DNA of 63,881 nucleotides, the filler included, from Reclinomonas americana ATCC 50394 (Eukaryota), in assembly GCA_048213135.1 (NCBI GenBank). It is 6 parts of 6 records of this genome, joined end to end, with 100 filler letters (N's around TTAATTAATTAA, not from the genome) between each part and the next. Parts side by side here need not be neighbours in the genome. Positions count along the whole stretch, not along the records: positions 42,696 to 55,105 come from PS015734.1; positions 55,206 to 57,435 come from PS015737.1; positions 57,536 to 62,466 come from PS015738.1; positions 62,567 to 63,881 come from PS015741.1; 2 more parts are not named here. One strand, 5' to 3'. Position 1 is the first letter of the stretch. Each line of letters starts with the position of its first letter. Of the stretch, positions 50,062-62,567 are shown in pieces. The position numbers and the translations under genes are program-made. The notes beneath the pieces are model-generated. The model worked only from the letters and a program-made list of their open reading frames with translations, searched no databases and had not been told where the DNA came from.

Positions 50062-51206
50062 ATGGAGACACACGCTGTGTTGCGTGGCCACCACGGACAG
50101 CGAGTGAGCTGTGTGGCCTTCTCCTCGCCCTCCACAGACCCCTCTGCTCCACTGTGGCTACTGGTGAGCTCCCAAGGCCACAGAGAAGCAAAAAAACAGA
50201 CACCAACTGACGTTTGTATGTCTGTGCGCGCGCGCGCAGGCCTCCTCCGCGCATGACAGAAGCATCTGTGTGTGGCAGCACGTGGAGAAGGCAGCAGCAG
50301 CAGCAGCTGGGGAGGAGCACCAGGTGGACCACTGGCAGTGGACACTGGCGCATCGGATTGGAGACGCGCACCGCGATTGGGGAGCACTCACTCTGTGCTT
50401 CTCTGTTGACGGCTCCACGCTGTTCAGTGGAGGCGGACTCACCGATCATGATGTCAAGTCGTGGTCTCTGCGAGGGGCGGGCGCCGAGGTGCAGAACGCG
50501 TTGTGTACGGCCACGGTATGTGTGGTGGGAAGCAATCAAAAAAAGAAGAAACGATGCGATTTTTGAGAAGCTGAGTCTCTCTTCGTGCAGGGTCACACGG
50601 GCGCCATCAGCGGTCTCTGTGTGAGTCCCAATGGAGAGTTACTGGCTTCGGCTGGCTACGACGCAACTGTGCGACTGTGGAACGTGGCCGACGCCAGCAA
50701 CATCACGAGCGACACTGTATTTCCGACACACGGAGCGGAAACGTATTACGAGGTTTGCCACACGCACTCTCTCTTCTTGCGCGTACGCTTGGGGCGCTTA
50801 TTGAGAGCATAGGATGTGGCCTTTTCGCCGTGCGGCACCACGCTGACTTCGGTCTCCGACGATGGCTTTATTCGCATCTACAATGTTCCCGATCGACAAC
50901 TCGTGCGTCGCGTCGGCGGACACACGGGCGAGGTGCGTGGACGCACGCGCTTGAAGTCGTTGTGAGAAGTGCTCACAAGGAAAGGAGTTCGCGCAGGTGT
51001 GGGCCATCACGTACGCTCCCAGTGGGTGGATGGTGACATGCGGCGAAGATTCGAGTCTCTTTTTGTGGCACGAGGACAATGGCTTGGCCGAACCGACTCG
51101 TATTGTGCCGTCGCCGCACGAGGAGACGTGCACCGACTTGTCGCACTCGGACGACGGCAATCGCCTTGTGTGTTCCTCGTGGGACGGCAGTGTCAGTGTG
51201 TGGCAG
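50062..51206 (+). CDS. WD40 repeat protein (six repeats here, with the seventh on an inverted contig)
   Basis: GHTGAISGLCVSPNGELLASAGYDATVRLW, GHTGEVWAITYAPSGWMVTCGEDSSLFLW and SSWDGSVSVW. Confidence 0.9.
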
Positions 51207-52104
51207 NNNNNNNNNNNNNNNNNNNNNNNNNNNNNNNNNNNNNNNNNNNNNNNNNNNNNNNNNNNNNNNNNNNNNNNNNNNNNNNNNNNNNNNNNNNNNN
51301 NNNNNNNNNNNNNNNNNNNNNNNNNNNNNNNNNNNNNNNNNNNNNNNNNNNNNNNNNNNNNNNNNNNNNNNNNNNNNNNNNNNNNNNNNNNNNNNNNNNN
51401 NNNNNNNNNNNNNNNNNNNNNNNNNNNNNNNNNNNNNNNNNNNNNNNNNNNNNNNNNNNNNNNNNNNNNNNNNNNNNNNNNNNNNNNNNNNNNNNNNNNN
51501 NNNNNNNNNNNNNNNNNNNNNNNNNNNNNNNNNNNNNNNNNNNNNNNNNNNNNNNNNNNNNNNNNNNNNNNNNNNNNNNNNNNNNNNNNNNNNNNNNNNN
51601 NNNNNNNNNNNNNNNNNNNNNNNNNNNNNNNNNNNNNNNNNNNNNNNNNNNNNNNNNNNNNNNNNNNNNNNNNNNNNNNNNNNNNNNNNNNNNNNNNNNN
51701 NNNNNNNNNNNNNNNNNNNNNNNNNNNNNNNNNNNNNNNNNNNNNNNNNNNNNNNNNNNNNNNNNNNNNNNNNNNNNNNNNNNNNNNNNNNNNNNNNNNN
51801 NNNNNNNNNNNNNNNNNNNNNNNNNNNNNNNNNNNNNNNNNNNNNNNNNNNNNNNNNNNNNNNNNNNNNNNNNNNNNNNNNNNNNNNNNNNNNNNNNNNN
51901 NNNNNNNNNNNNNNNNNNNNNNNNNNNNNNNNNNNNNNNNNNNNNNNNNNNNNNNNNNNNNNNNNNNNNNNNNNNNNNNNNNNNNNNNNNNNNNNNNNNN
52001 NNNNNNNNNNNNNNNNNNNNNNNCACACACACACACATGCCCGCGCGCTTTTATGTTGGTTTAATTAGGATTGGTGAGGTTGCGAGCCGTGTGCGCATGC
52101 GCGC

Positions 52105-52560
52105 TCACGGTGGTGCAGCTGCACTTGCCGTGTCAGTGGCAGTGGTGCTTGCAACACTGCTGCTGCGCAGTGTCGAAGGCACGCTGACTACCCGCGGCAT
52201 GGCAGCGTCGTGGCTGTGACATCGCCTCCACGCGCTCACATTGCGTCGCAGGAGGAGGGCGCTGTGCTCACGCGCCACATGCAGCGCCATGAGCGCCGTT
52301 GCAGCACCCTCTGCTGTCGGTAATCTCGGTGCAGCTGCTGCGGTATTCGTTTCCGTCTCCTCCAGCAGGCCGACAACCTTGGTGAGCATGTCGATCTCGG
52401 CCTGCAGCGCCTCAAACTGGTCCTCCACCACCCGCACCGTGCCGTCAAAGCACCCCAGTGCCACGAAGCGATTGCCACCACAGGCCACCGTGTGCACTTC
52501 GCTGCTCGGCTCGGTGATCAGCAGCGAGCAGTGCCTCCATCCCAGTTCGTCGCCAAAATG
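52105..52560 (-). CDS. Seventh WD40 repeat and C-terminus of the WD40 gene (misoriented contig)
   Basis: HFGDELGW...VHTVACGGNRFVALGCFDGTVRVV would complete a 7-bladed propeller after ...SVWQ. Confidence 0.6.
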   Translation of the reverse strand, partial: HFGDELGWRHCSLLITEPSSEVHTVACGGNRFVALGCFDGTVRVVEDQFEALQAEIDMLTKVVGLLEETETNTAAAAPRLPTAEGAATALMALHVAREHSALLLRRNVSAWRRCHSHDAAMPRVVSVPSTLRSSSVASTTATDTASAAAPP

Positions 52561-53428
52561 NNNNNNNNNNNNNNNNNNNNNNNNNNNNNNNNNNNNNNNN
52601 NNNNNNNNNNNNNNNNNNNNNNNNNNNNNNNNNNNNNNNNNNNNNNNNNNNNNNNNNNNNNNNNNNNNNNNNNNNNNNNNNNNNNNNNNNNNNNNNNNNN
52701 NNNNNNNNNNNNNNNNNNNNNNNNNNNNNNNNNNNNNNNNNNNNNNNNNNNNNNNNNNNNNNNNNNNNNNNNNNNNNNNNNNNNNNNNNNNNNNNNNNNN
52801 NNNNNNNNNNNNNNNNNNNNNNNNNNNNNNNNNNNNNNNNNNNNNNNNNNNNNNNNNNNNNNNNNNNNNNNNNNNNNNNNNNNNNNNNNNNNNNNNNNNN
52901 NNNNNNNNNNNNNNNNNNNNNNNNNNNNNNNNNNNNNNNNNNNNNNNNNNNNNNNNNNNNNNNNNNNNNNNNNNNNNNNNNNNNNNNNNNNNNNNNNNNN
53001 NNNNNNNNNNNNNNNNNNNNNNNNNNNNNNNNNNNNNNNNNNNNNNNNNNNNNNNNNNNNNNNNNNNNNNNNNNNNNNNNNNNNNNNNNNNNNNNNNNNN
53101 NNNNNNNNNNNNNNNNNNNNNNNNNNNNNNNNNNNNNNNNNNNNNNNNNNNNNNNNNNNNNNNNNNNNNNNNNNNNNNNNNNNNNNNNNNNNNNNNNNNN
53201 NNNNNNNNNNNNNNNNNNNNNNNNNNNNNNNNNNNNNNNNNNNNNNNNNNNNNNNNNNNNNNNNNNNNNNNNNNNNNNNNNNNNNNNNNNNNNNNNNNNN
53301 NNNNNNNNNNNNNNNNNNNNNNNNNNNNNNNNNNNNNNNNNNNNNNNNNNNNNNNNNNNNNNNNNNNNNNNNNNNNNNNNNNNNNNNNNNNNNNNNNNNN
53401 NNNNNNNNNNNNNNNNNNNNNNNNNNNN

Positions 53429-53896
53429 CCCACCACCTGTGGCCGCTGCTGCTGCTCCTACGGCTGCTGCGGTTGCTGACGGACCGCGACCGCGCCCACC
53501 CTCGGCATCCGATCCACTGCTGCTGTGCCCTCTCGTCAAGCTATTACTCCTCGAGCGCCTTCGTCGCCCACTGGCATCATCATCATCATCATCGCCACCG
53601 CCACCACCGAGTGCGCGAGCCGCCTGCATGCGCCCCGCCGCCCGTCCCGGCGGTGTGAGCATGATCATGCCTCCATCGTCGTCGTCCTGCTCCACCCGCA
53701 ACAGCCCTCCGCTCTGCACACCGCCAAGGCCTCGCCTCACCGCTAATGGCGGTGGTGGTCTCGGCTGTCGGTACTCATCATCGCCATCCTCGTCGTCGTC
53801 GTCGTCGTCTTCGGACACAGAGTCATCGCCATCATCAGTGTCTCGCCTGGGTGCTGCTGTTCCTCCTGTTCCTCCTGCTCCCCATCGTCGACCCAT
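53429..53896 (-). CDS. Hypothetical acidic, low-complexity protein, N-terminal fragment
   Basis: Open frame from the ATG at 53896 into the gap, with Asp/Gly runs. Confidence 0.45.
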
Positions 53897-54145
53897 TCAA
53901 TACGGTTGACGATTCGTCTGTCACTCCACACTCAACAAGACAACAAACGGACACAATAAAAAAACAAGACAAGCTCGCTGAGTGTGGCGTGCGTGTATGT
54001 GTGTTCAACGCGTCTGCTGCTCTCTCCACTCTTCAGCGTGTTCTCCGATATGCTACAGCACGCGTGCAACCGGATCGGCGAGTGGGACAAAGTGCCAACG
54101 ACTTCCCGTGACTCAGCACCGATCTGTCCACACTCTCACACACGA

Positions 54146-55032
54146 ATGGCGGCAACAGAGACACCTGCGCAACGACGTGCGCGTCTGCGAGCAATGCGCG
54201 AGCAGGCTGAGCAGACAGCCACGGCGCCAGCAACTGCAGCAGCACTGGGCAAGCGCAGTGCAGAGACTGATCCTGCAGACTTGTTCTTGGGCACTGTGTT
54301 GGGTGCGGCTGCTGGTGGAGTGCCGGCCTCTGTTGTGCAAGATGATGATGAAGAGGAGCAGGCAGATGGGGAGGCAGGAGAGGCGCAGCGGGGTCACATG
54401 CAAGTGGACGATGCTGATGAGGCGGCTGATGATGACGAGTTGCGTTCACGCGCCTTCTCTCTCTCTCTCCCGTCGCTCGTCTCTTACACGGTGTGCAGTG
54501 AGGGAGGAGAGGCACCGACATTGCGCTTCCGCAACTACAATCCGCGTCATGAGGAGCTGAAGAAGGCCAAGTTGGCCAAGATGGAGGTGCCATCGCTGGA
54601 GCCGCACATTGCGCCGACGATGTTGCAAGTGAAGCAGCGATTGGAGGCCGAGAAGAAGGAGGTGTGTTCTGTGGGTTGTCTCGCTGTCTGTCTCCCATTC
54701 TTTGTCTCAACGCAACAACAGGAGAGCGTGTTGAGCGTGGCTCCCACGCAAGCCAATGCCGATCTGAAGCGACTGGTGGCCAAGAAGCTGGCCAAGCTGG
54801 AGCGACGCACGCAGCAGGCTGTCATTGACCTCGTCAGTTGTGTCGTGAGCATGCGCGCGCGCGCGCGCGTCGCCCTCGTGGAGCTGTCGACTGACGCGTT
54901 ATTGTTGCAGAGGCCAAGTTGGAGGCGGAGGGCGTGGACGCCTTGGGTACCGCGCTGGCCGATGCCGTCAATGAGCGGGATTTGCCGACTGCTGCTTCTG
55001 GTGGGGCCGATAGTGATAGCGATGCTGACTGA
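54146..55032 (+). CDS. CCDC12: Spliceosome-associated Cwf18/CCDC12
   Basis: RRARLRAMR, LRFRNYNP and APTQANADLKRLVAKKLAKLERRTQQAV. 4 exons. Confidence 0.88.
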
Positions 55033-55284
55033 GCTCGACAGGCAGCAGGTAGACAGATGGCACAGAGAATTGATGGCGGTATAATCTCGCACACACACAC
55101 ACACANNNNNNNNNNNNNNNNNNNNNNNNNNNNNNNNNNNNNNNNNNNNTTAATTAATTAANNNNNNNNNNNNNNNNNNNNNNNNNNNNNNNNNNNNNNN
55201 NNNNNCCACTCTCTGTGCCTCTGTGTGTGTGTGTGTCTAGGCGCTCGAGACAGTGTGTGTGCGCGTCCGTCCTTCTGTGCACCA

Positions 55285-55317
<33 letters not shown>

Positions 55318-55419
55318 CGTGTGGGTGTTTGGATAACGGCATGCTCCGGACATGATTCTCCTCGGGCACATCGCTGACTCTGTGTGTGCGTGCGTGCGTG
55401 TGCGTGTCACATGACACAG

Positions 55420-56110
55420 GTCGTCCACCTCGCTTCTGGTGGCGGTCCGTGTACGGCCATTCAATGAGCGGTGTGTGTGGGTGGATAGTGCCCGAGAAAA
55501 ATCTGTCTTCACTCACTCACGTGCGCGTGTCGCCCCACAGAGAGAAAGCCGCCAGCAACATCTGTGTGGTGTCGGTGGAGGGACCCACTACCACCATGAT
55601 TCATCCCACACATGCTGGTGTGTGCGTCGACAGAAGGGATGATCACGCTCTGTATCTCCTCCCTCTCACGTATGTGTGTGTGGATCGCAGATGAGAAGCG
55701 CAGCTTCACGTTTGATCATTCGTACTGGAGTCTGGAGGCCGATGATCCACGGTTCGCCAGCAACGACACGATCTACAACGATATCGGACGAATGCTGATC
55801 GACAACGCGTTTGAGGGCTACAACGTGTCGTTGTTTGCTTACGGGCAGGTTGGTTCTTGTGCTCTGCTCCCTCGCTCCCCCTCCCGCCCTTGTCACCACA
55901 CTCATGGCTGTGCAGACGGGCTCCGGCAAGTCGTTCACCATGATGGGCAACAACAACGACAAGGGCATCATTCCGCGTGTGTGTGAAGACATCTTTTCCC
56001 GGATGGATGCCATGAGGATCGCGGCTGGCCTTCCGGTGAAGAGGCGTGACAAGCAAGCTGCGGTGTCGGGTTCCACCAGACCAGTCACAGCGGCTGCCGG
56101 TGCCGGAACG
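55420..56110 (+). CDS. Kinesin-3 family motor, N-terminal part
   Basis: [45 protein letters not shown] and GIIPRVCEDIF. Confidence 0.92.
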
Positions 56111-57047
56111 NNNNNNNNNNNNNNNNNNNNNNNNNNNNNNNNNNNNNNNNNNNNNNNNNNNNNNNNNNNNNNNNNNNNNNNNNNNNNNNNNNNNNNNNNN
56201 NNNNNNNNNNNNNNNNNNNNNNNNNNNNNNNNNNNNNNNNNNNNNNNNNNNNNNNNNNNNNNNNNNNNNNNNNNNNNNNNNNNNNNNNNNNNNNNNNNNN
56301 NNNNNNNNNNNNNNNNNNNNNNNNNNNNNNNNNNNNNNNNNNNNNNNNNNNNNNNNNNNNNNNNNNNNNNNNNNNNNNNNNNNNNNNNNNNNNNNNNNNN
56401 NNNNNNNNNNNNNNNNNNNNNNNNNNNNNNNNNNNNNNNNNNNNNNNNNNNNNNNNNNNNNNNNNNNNNNNNNNNNNNNNNNNNNNNNNNNNNNNNNNNN
56501 NNNNNNNNNNNNNNNNNNNNNNNNNNNNNNNNNNNNNNNNNNNNNNNNNNNNNNNNNNNNNNNNNNNNNNNNNNNNNNNNNNNNNNNNNNNNNNNNNNNN
56601 NNNNNNNNNNNNNNNNNNNNNNNNNNNNNNNNNNNNNNNNNNNNNNNNNNNNNNNNNNNNNNNNNNNNNNNNNNNNNNNNNNNNNNNNNNNNNNNNNNNN
56701 NNNNNNNNNNNNNNNNNNNNNNNNNNNNNNNNNNNNNNNNNNNNNNNNNNNNNNNNNNNNNNNNNNNNNNNNNNNNNNNNNNNNNNNNNNNNNNNNNNNN
56801 NNNNNNNNNNNNNNNNNNNNNNNNNNNNNNNNNNNNNNNNNNNNNNNNNNNNNNNNNNNNNNNNNNNNNNNNNNNNNNNNNNNNNNNNNNNNNNNNNNNN
56901 NNNNNNNNNNNNNNNNNNNNNNNNNNNNNNNNNNNNNNNNNNNNNNNNNNNNNNNNNNNNNNNNNNNNNNNNNNNNNNNNNNNNNNNNNNNNNNNNNNNN
57001 NNNNNNNNNNNNNNNNNNNNNNNNNNNNNNNNNNNNNNNNNNNNNNN

Positions 57048-57435
57048 AGCTGCAACACTGCATCGTGATCGTCGGCCACCAAATTGGAGAGGCCTTCCAC
57101 ATACGGGCCTGTGCGAGGGTGTTCGCGCACACGCAAGCCAGCCTGGAATTGCTGTACGACATTGTCGCGGAAGCGAAGTAATGAGTGCGGAACGAAGCAC
57201 GCCAAATGCAAATAAGGATTGTCGACGCAACTCCTTTCTTTGATGGTCGCAGCAGGTCGCGCACCTGCTCGTTGTAAATCTCCAACATGCTACACGTGAC
57301 CTGGAACGTAAGCACGTCGTCTTCACCGGCGGGCGTGGGCGCCGCCGGCATCGCAGCAGCAGCAGCTGCCGCATCCGCATCGCCGTCACCAGCGGCCCCA
57401 CCGGCATCGTCCGTCGCCACTCGCGCCGACGACTG
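57048..57435 (-). CDS. Kinesin motor continuation (misoriented contig)
   Basis: VTCSMLEIYNEQVRDLL and LRVREHPRTGPYVEGLS. Confidence 0.88.
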
Positions 57436-57535
57436 NNNNNNNNNNNNNNNNNNNNNNNNNNNNNNNNNNNNNNNNNNNNTTAATTAATTAANNNNNNNNN
57501 NNNNNNNNNNNNNNNNNNNNNNNNNNNNNNNNNNN

Positions 57536-59204
57536 CAGGTCGAGGAGAGGACCAAGGAGAATCTCAAGCAGTCGCTCGACCGCTACTCGCACTACTACAC
57601 CAGAGTTTCGTCGCTGTTCGCGCAGCTCGTTGCGCGCCCTGGTCTCACTCGCGGTGTGCAGTACTTGTCGCACCTGCAAGCTGAGCGGCTGGAGGCGGCC
57701 TCGAATGCAGAAAAGGCGCGAGCGCTGATTGAGTCGGTGAGTCGTGCACTTGTTTGCGTGCGTGTGCGTGAGGGAAACTCACATGTGGCCGTCTGCAGTT
57801 GCGTCAAAAGGCCATTGGCAGTGATGCGCTGGCCACCGACGACGAGATCGTTCGCGAGGCCGTCAGGACACGCACGCTGGCACGCAAGACGCTCAAATGG
57901 ACTTGTTGCGTCCGAGTGTGTGCGTCCGTGACTCGAAGAGAGGCTAACTCGTTCTCCACAGACGTGTACTCGTACTACGAGCAGGACGATGCGAAGCGTG
58001 AACTGTTCGAGTTCCTGCAAGAGGTGTGTTTTCATCGCTTGCATGCTAGTCTCTGCCGTGCAACTCACGTTGTGCCGTGGAACAGGATCTGGAGCGAGCN
58101 NNNNNNNNNNNNNNNNNNNNNNNNNNNNNNNNNNNNNNNNNNNNNNNNNNNNNNNNNNNNNNNNNNNNNNNNNNNNNNNNNNNNNNNNNNNNNNNNNNNN
58201 NNNNNNNNNNNNNNNNNNNNNNNNNNNNNNNNNNNNNNNNNNNNNNNNNNNNNNNNNNNNNNNNNNNNNNNNNNNNNNNNNNNNNNNNNNNNNNNNNNNN
58301 NNNNNNNNNNNNNNNNNNNNNNNNNNNNNNNNNNNNNNNNNNNNNNNNNNNNNNNNNNNNNNNNNNNNNNNNNNNNNNNNNNNNNNNNNNNNNNNNNNNN
58401 NNNNNNNNNNNNNNNNNNNNNNNNNNNNNNNNNNNNNNNNNNNNNNNNNNNNNNNNNNNNNNNNNNNNNNNNNNNNNNNNNNNNNNNNNNNNNNNNNNNN
58501 NNNNNNNNNNNNNNNNNNNNNNNNNNNNNNNNNNNNNNNNNNNNNNNNNNNNNNNNNNNNNNNNNNNNNNNNNNNNNNNNNNNNNNNNNNNNNNNNNNNN
58601 NNNNNNNNNNNNNNNNNNNNNNNNNNNNNNNNNNNNNNNNNNNNNNNNNNNNNNNNNNNNNNNNNNNNNNNNNNNNNNNNNNNNNNNNNNNNNNNNNNNN
58701 NNNNNNNNNNNNNNNNNNNNNNNNNNNNNNNNNNNNNNNNNNNNNNNNNNNNNNNNNNNNNNNNNNNNNNNNNNNNNNNNNNNNNNNNNNNNNNNNNNNN
58801 NNNNNNNNNNNNNNNNNNNNNNNNNNNNNNNNNNNNNNNNNNNNNNNNNNNNNNNNNNNNNNNNNNNNNNNNNNNNNNNNNNNNNNNNNNNNNNNNNNNN
58901 NNNNNNNNNNNNNNNNNNTGCGGAGAAGCTGGCGCAGCTGTTTGAGCAGACCGACAAGCATCCGTACAATCGCGAACAAATGCAAATCGCCATGCGTGAT
59001 GCTGAGCGGGTGAGTTGGTGGCAAATGTGTCTGTGTGTGTGTAGGTGTCGAGCATGTCCTCACACGCACGCACATGTTGCTGAATTGGTGCAGAGGAGAC
59101 AACACATCATGGAGACGGAGCCACCGTCACCACTCATCAACATTAGTGGAAATCCGTTTGCCGCCGCTGCTGCTGCTGCCGCCGCCGGCTCCGGCATTCG
59201 ATAA
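57536..59204 (+). CDS. Ariadne-family RBR E3 ligase, C-terminal Ariadne domain
   Basis: SLDRYSHY, ARKTLKWTYVYSYY, LFEFLQ.DLE and AEKLAQLFE. Confidence 0.8.
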
Positions 59205-59392
59205 TCGCTTCGCTATATGTGTGTGTGGGCGTACGTGCGAAAATGTGCGTAGACGTGTGAAAACCAGCAATTAAAGGAGGGGAGAACAAAGAGCGCAGCC
59301 ACATCGATTTATTGTGAGAGTGGAAACGACAGCACAAGTGTGTTCTACAGAGAAATTCTAATGGTTGCAGACGCGCAGTGAGGAGACGGCGC

Positions 59393-61234
59393 CTAATGGA
59401 TGGTGTGGCCATTCGTCCAGAGCGAGAAGAGACCGAGGGCGATCTCGCACGCAATCAGCCAGATAATGATCCATTCGAGTCGGGCACTCTTCTGGTTGTT
59501 CAACATCTCCAGGAAGTGCTTCACATTGTGTTGAATCACTGCACACAATGCTGGTCAGTTAGAGAGACGCAACAGAGACGCAAGCGCACATGTGGGGTGC
59601 GAGCGACGTACGATTCAGCTTGAAATCAAACGTCTCAAAGCGCTCCTCCAACTCGAACTCCTCGCGCATGCTCTCCCACACGGTGGAGTACTTGGAGTAC
59701 TTCCACGGGATCTCCGAGCGATCGAGAATGCCCAACTTGGTGATCACATCGGTGAGGATGGAGTTGTTCTCGGCGACAATGGTGAACAGACGCTTGCGGC
59801 TCATGTTGAAGACGCCGGACTGCTGCACGCGGCTGTTCATCTCCGTGAACTTTTGCAACATGGCGTCGACCTGCAACGGGCCGAGTCAGGGCGGGGCAAA
59901 GAGAGCAACATACACACATACATGCACGCACCTTTCTTTCGTAGTGCTCGAGAGCCACGGTCTGGGCGAGGACGCCGCAAATGACAAGAATGTTGTTCAA
60001 GTCGAGCTTGCGCACCACAATGTACTCGTGGTTCTGCTGGCTCCACACGTCGAGACCCGGGCGCACCACGATACCAAAGTCCTCCGCCTTGAGCGACGAG
60101 AACGGCTCGGTGGCGTACTTGCGAATGATGGCCAGGCACTCACGCTGCCGCCACTCCTCAAAGTTGACAAACACCACGCTGCCGTAGCGGAACACCACCA
60201 TGTACTTGTCGGGCTTCGGCGGCTCCAGTTGCTGAGCATGACGCACGAGAGTGAGGGGTTGCGGAGTCGGGGGAGAGGAGGAAGACAGTGGGTTGGAGAG
60301 AACCTGAAGTGTCTGCGCCCAGTCGCCACTGCTCTCATCGTTGAAGGCGACGATGAGGGAATCACGCTGCAGCGAGTGTGGCCGGTCGCTGTAGGTGTCT
60401 TGGAACATGCGCACGAAATCAATCATGCGGCTGCGCTGCGAGATGAGCAAGTGCACGCCTCTCTTGCAGGTGCACGGAGGAGACGCAACGCGACGTGGAA
60501 CGCCTTGACTTTGAACATCACATCCGGCTCCAACGACCCCGCAGGCGTGCCGACCGGGCCGGGCGGAAGCACACCCGTGGCATGCGCCTCGAGAGTCGAC
60601 AGCAAGCCACTCAGCGCCACGTCGGCATCGGGTGTGGCGCGAGGTGCGACAGCCGCCACCGCCGCCGGTGCGGTGGCGACCGCCGACGGTCTCTTGATGC
60701 TGAATCGCTGCGATCGCAGGTACTCGACCGCAGTGCGTCGCGCTGCTTGTGCAGGAGGCGGAGGCAGCAGCGTGCTGCCCGTATCCTTTGTCACAGCCGC
60801 GGTGAAACGATGCGGTGTGCCAGTTTTCCCAGGTGCTGTTGTTGTGGCAGAGGATGAAGAAGAAGAGGAGGAGGTGGCTGCTGGTGCTGCTGCTGGTGAG
60901 CGTTTCACACTGGCCGGCGCCACCGCATCCACCGACTCATCAACACCCCCAATGAGCTCCTCCAGTGATAATGTGCGCGCCGAGGGAGGAGGAGGAGAAG
61001 AAGAAGAAGCAGATGCTGCTGCTGCTATTGTTGTTGAAGGTGGTGATGGTGGTGAGGTCTTGTCTGTGAGACAGTGAGAGTGAGCGCGCGAGAGAGATGC
61101 GTGCGTGTGTGTGGATGCGTAAAGTTACCTGAACGCCATCTTTTTGTCAGTGCATGAATCGGCCACTGTAGTGAAGATAGCCGTGGCGGGCGGTGCGTGG
61201 CACCAGAGGCCACTGCTGCGAGCGATCGCAGCAT
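59393..61234 (-). CDS. DUF155 / RMD1 (RMND1-like) protein with a possible mitochondrial presequence and a C-terminal TM helix
   Basis: VVFRYGSVVF, VLAQTVALEHYE, LGILDRSEIPW, EEFELEERF and SARLEWIIIWLIACEI. The N-terminus is Arg/Ser/Ala-rich. Confidence 0.85.
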
Positions 61235-61652
61235 TCAATCAGTGATGAAAGTGTCCTGCAAGAAAACCAGAAGCGGGGCAAGCTCGTACGCGGGATGCGC
61301 AGTGTGGTAAAGGAGTCGTTGTAGACGCACCTTGTGGTGGCGATGGTCGATGTGGATCACCACTTGCGCAGAGAGCTCGACGTTGAATTTCACAAAGGTC
61401 GACGTCGGCGTTGCTGTGCTCTCTGGATACGATCGCGGATGGTCAGCTCGTGTCCGGACGTGCACAGCTAGAACGCGCGCGATAGATGTCCGTGTGAGGC
61501 TGGTCTTGCGCATCCTTGCTATGCTTGGCCAGGTCCCTCACGAGCGCGCTGGCGTGCCGCTAATCGCCGGACAGTATCGCTGTGCCATAATCGTTCGATA
61601 TTTCCACGCCCGATATGTGCATGTGCATGCATGCAGCTTTTTTTACGCGCGC

Positions 61653-61890
61653 GACGTTCGAATTCACGGTACGTACGATCGTACGTACAGTACGCGAATT
61701 CGCACGTCCCTCAAGCTTGCAGCTGCCGATCCGTGCTGTTCCCCCTGACTTGAAGCCTACATATATAGCTGGGGACGTCAACGGTGTGAAATTATTTTGG
61801 GGGCAAAGCGGGCCGGGCCCGCTTTGTCAGAAATTATTTCTGGATGCGTGGCTCGCGCGCGGCAAAATGGCACAAATATGATTTGTGCCA
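61653..61890. repeat. Cluster of short inverted repeats in a divergent intergenic region
   Basis: Perfect palindrome GTACGTACGATCGTACGTAC inside a longer imperfect one (61653-61708), plus CAAAGCGGGCC-g-GGCCCGCTTTG (about 61805) and GGCACAAAT-atg-ATTTGTGCC (about 61870). Confidence 0.75.
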
Positions 61891-62356
61891 ATTGAATTTC
61901 GTGATACTTGTGATTTTCCTTGAGACTCCCGGAGCACTGGTGAGCCGCCTCAGCCAACAGAGAGAGAGAGAGAAGAGGAAGGAGGGAGTAGGAGGGAGAC
62001 AGATAGACAGAGAGAGAGTGAGGAGCAGGGGAAGAGAAGTCTGTGTTTGTCTGTTTTCTTGAGTGCACCACTCGTCGGTTGTGTCATGTCCAACTCACCA
62101 CGCACAGCACACTCTCTCGCCTTGTGCCTCTCCGTGTTGTTCCTTTGTGTCGCGGCGCTGCTCGCCGCAACGCGTATGTTTGTTGGTCTCTTGGGAAGTG
62201 CGCACATGCCTTGGGTGTTCGCCATTTTCCTCACGCACAACTCTTCTTCTCGCACCTCACAAAAACAAACACACACGCACTGTGACCAGCAGTGTGCTCA
62301 CCTCTGTTGTGTGTGTGTGTGTATGTGGCACAGATTTTCGTCGCCTACAGCAGCAA

Positions 62357-62374
62357 ATGACTGAGTACAAGTTG
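62357..62374 (+). CDS. ras: Ras GTPase, first exon only (remainder lost at the scaffold end)
   Basis: ATG ACT GAG TAC AAG TTG encodes MTEYKL, followed by a G|GTGAGT donor. Confidence 0.6.
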
Positions 62375-62567
62375 GTGAGTCCTCACGCCATCCGCGTGTG
62401 TGTGTTTGTGTGTGTGTTTGTGTGCGTGCGTACAGTGAAGAGCAGAAGATCCATGTGTGTGTGTGTNNNNNNNNNNNNNNNNNNNNNNNNNNNNNNNNNN
62501 NNNNNNNNNNTTAATTAATTAANNNNNNNNNNNNNNNNNNNNNNNNNNNNNNNNNNNNNNNNNNNNA

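Noticed and set aside
28888..55032. PRMT5 and CCDC12 as a splicing cluster explaining the odd donors
   Set aside because: They are on different scaffolds, both look ordinary, and the donor class is window-wide.
59590..61077. Long antisense ORFs (e.g. 495 aa here, also 1002-1829 and 20495-21424) and ORFs running through N gaps
   Set aside because: They are shadows of real GC-rich genes on the other strand, or artefacts of translating Ns.
61235..61513. 92-aa ORF whose stop abuts the DUF155 ATG
   Set aside because: It has no recognisable motif, and ORFs of this length are common by chance in GC-rich DNA.
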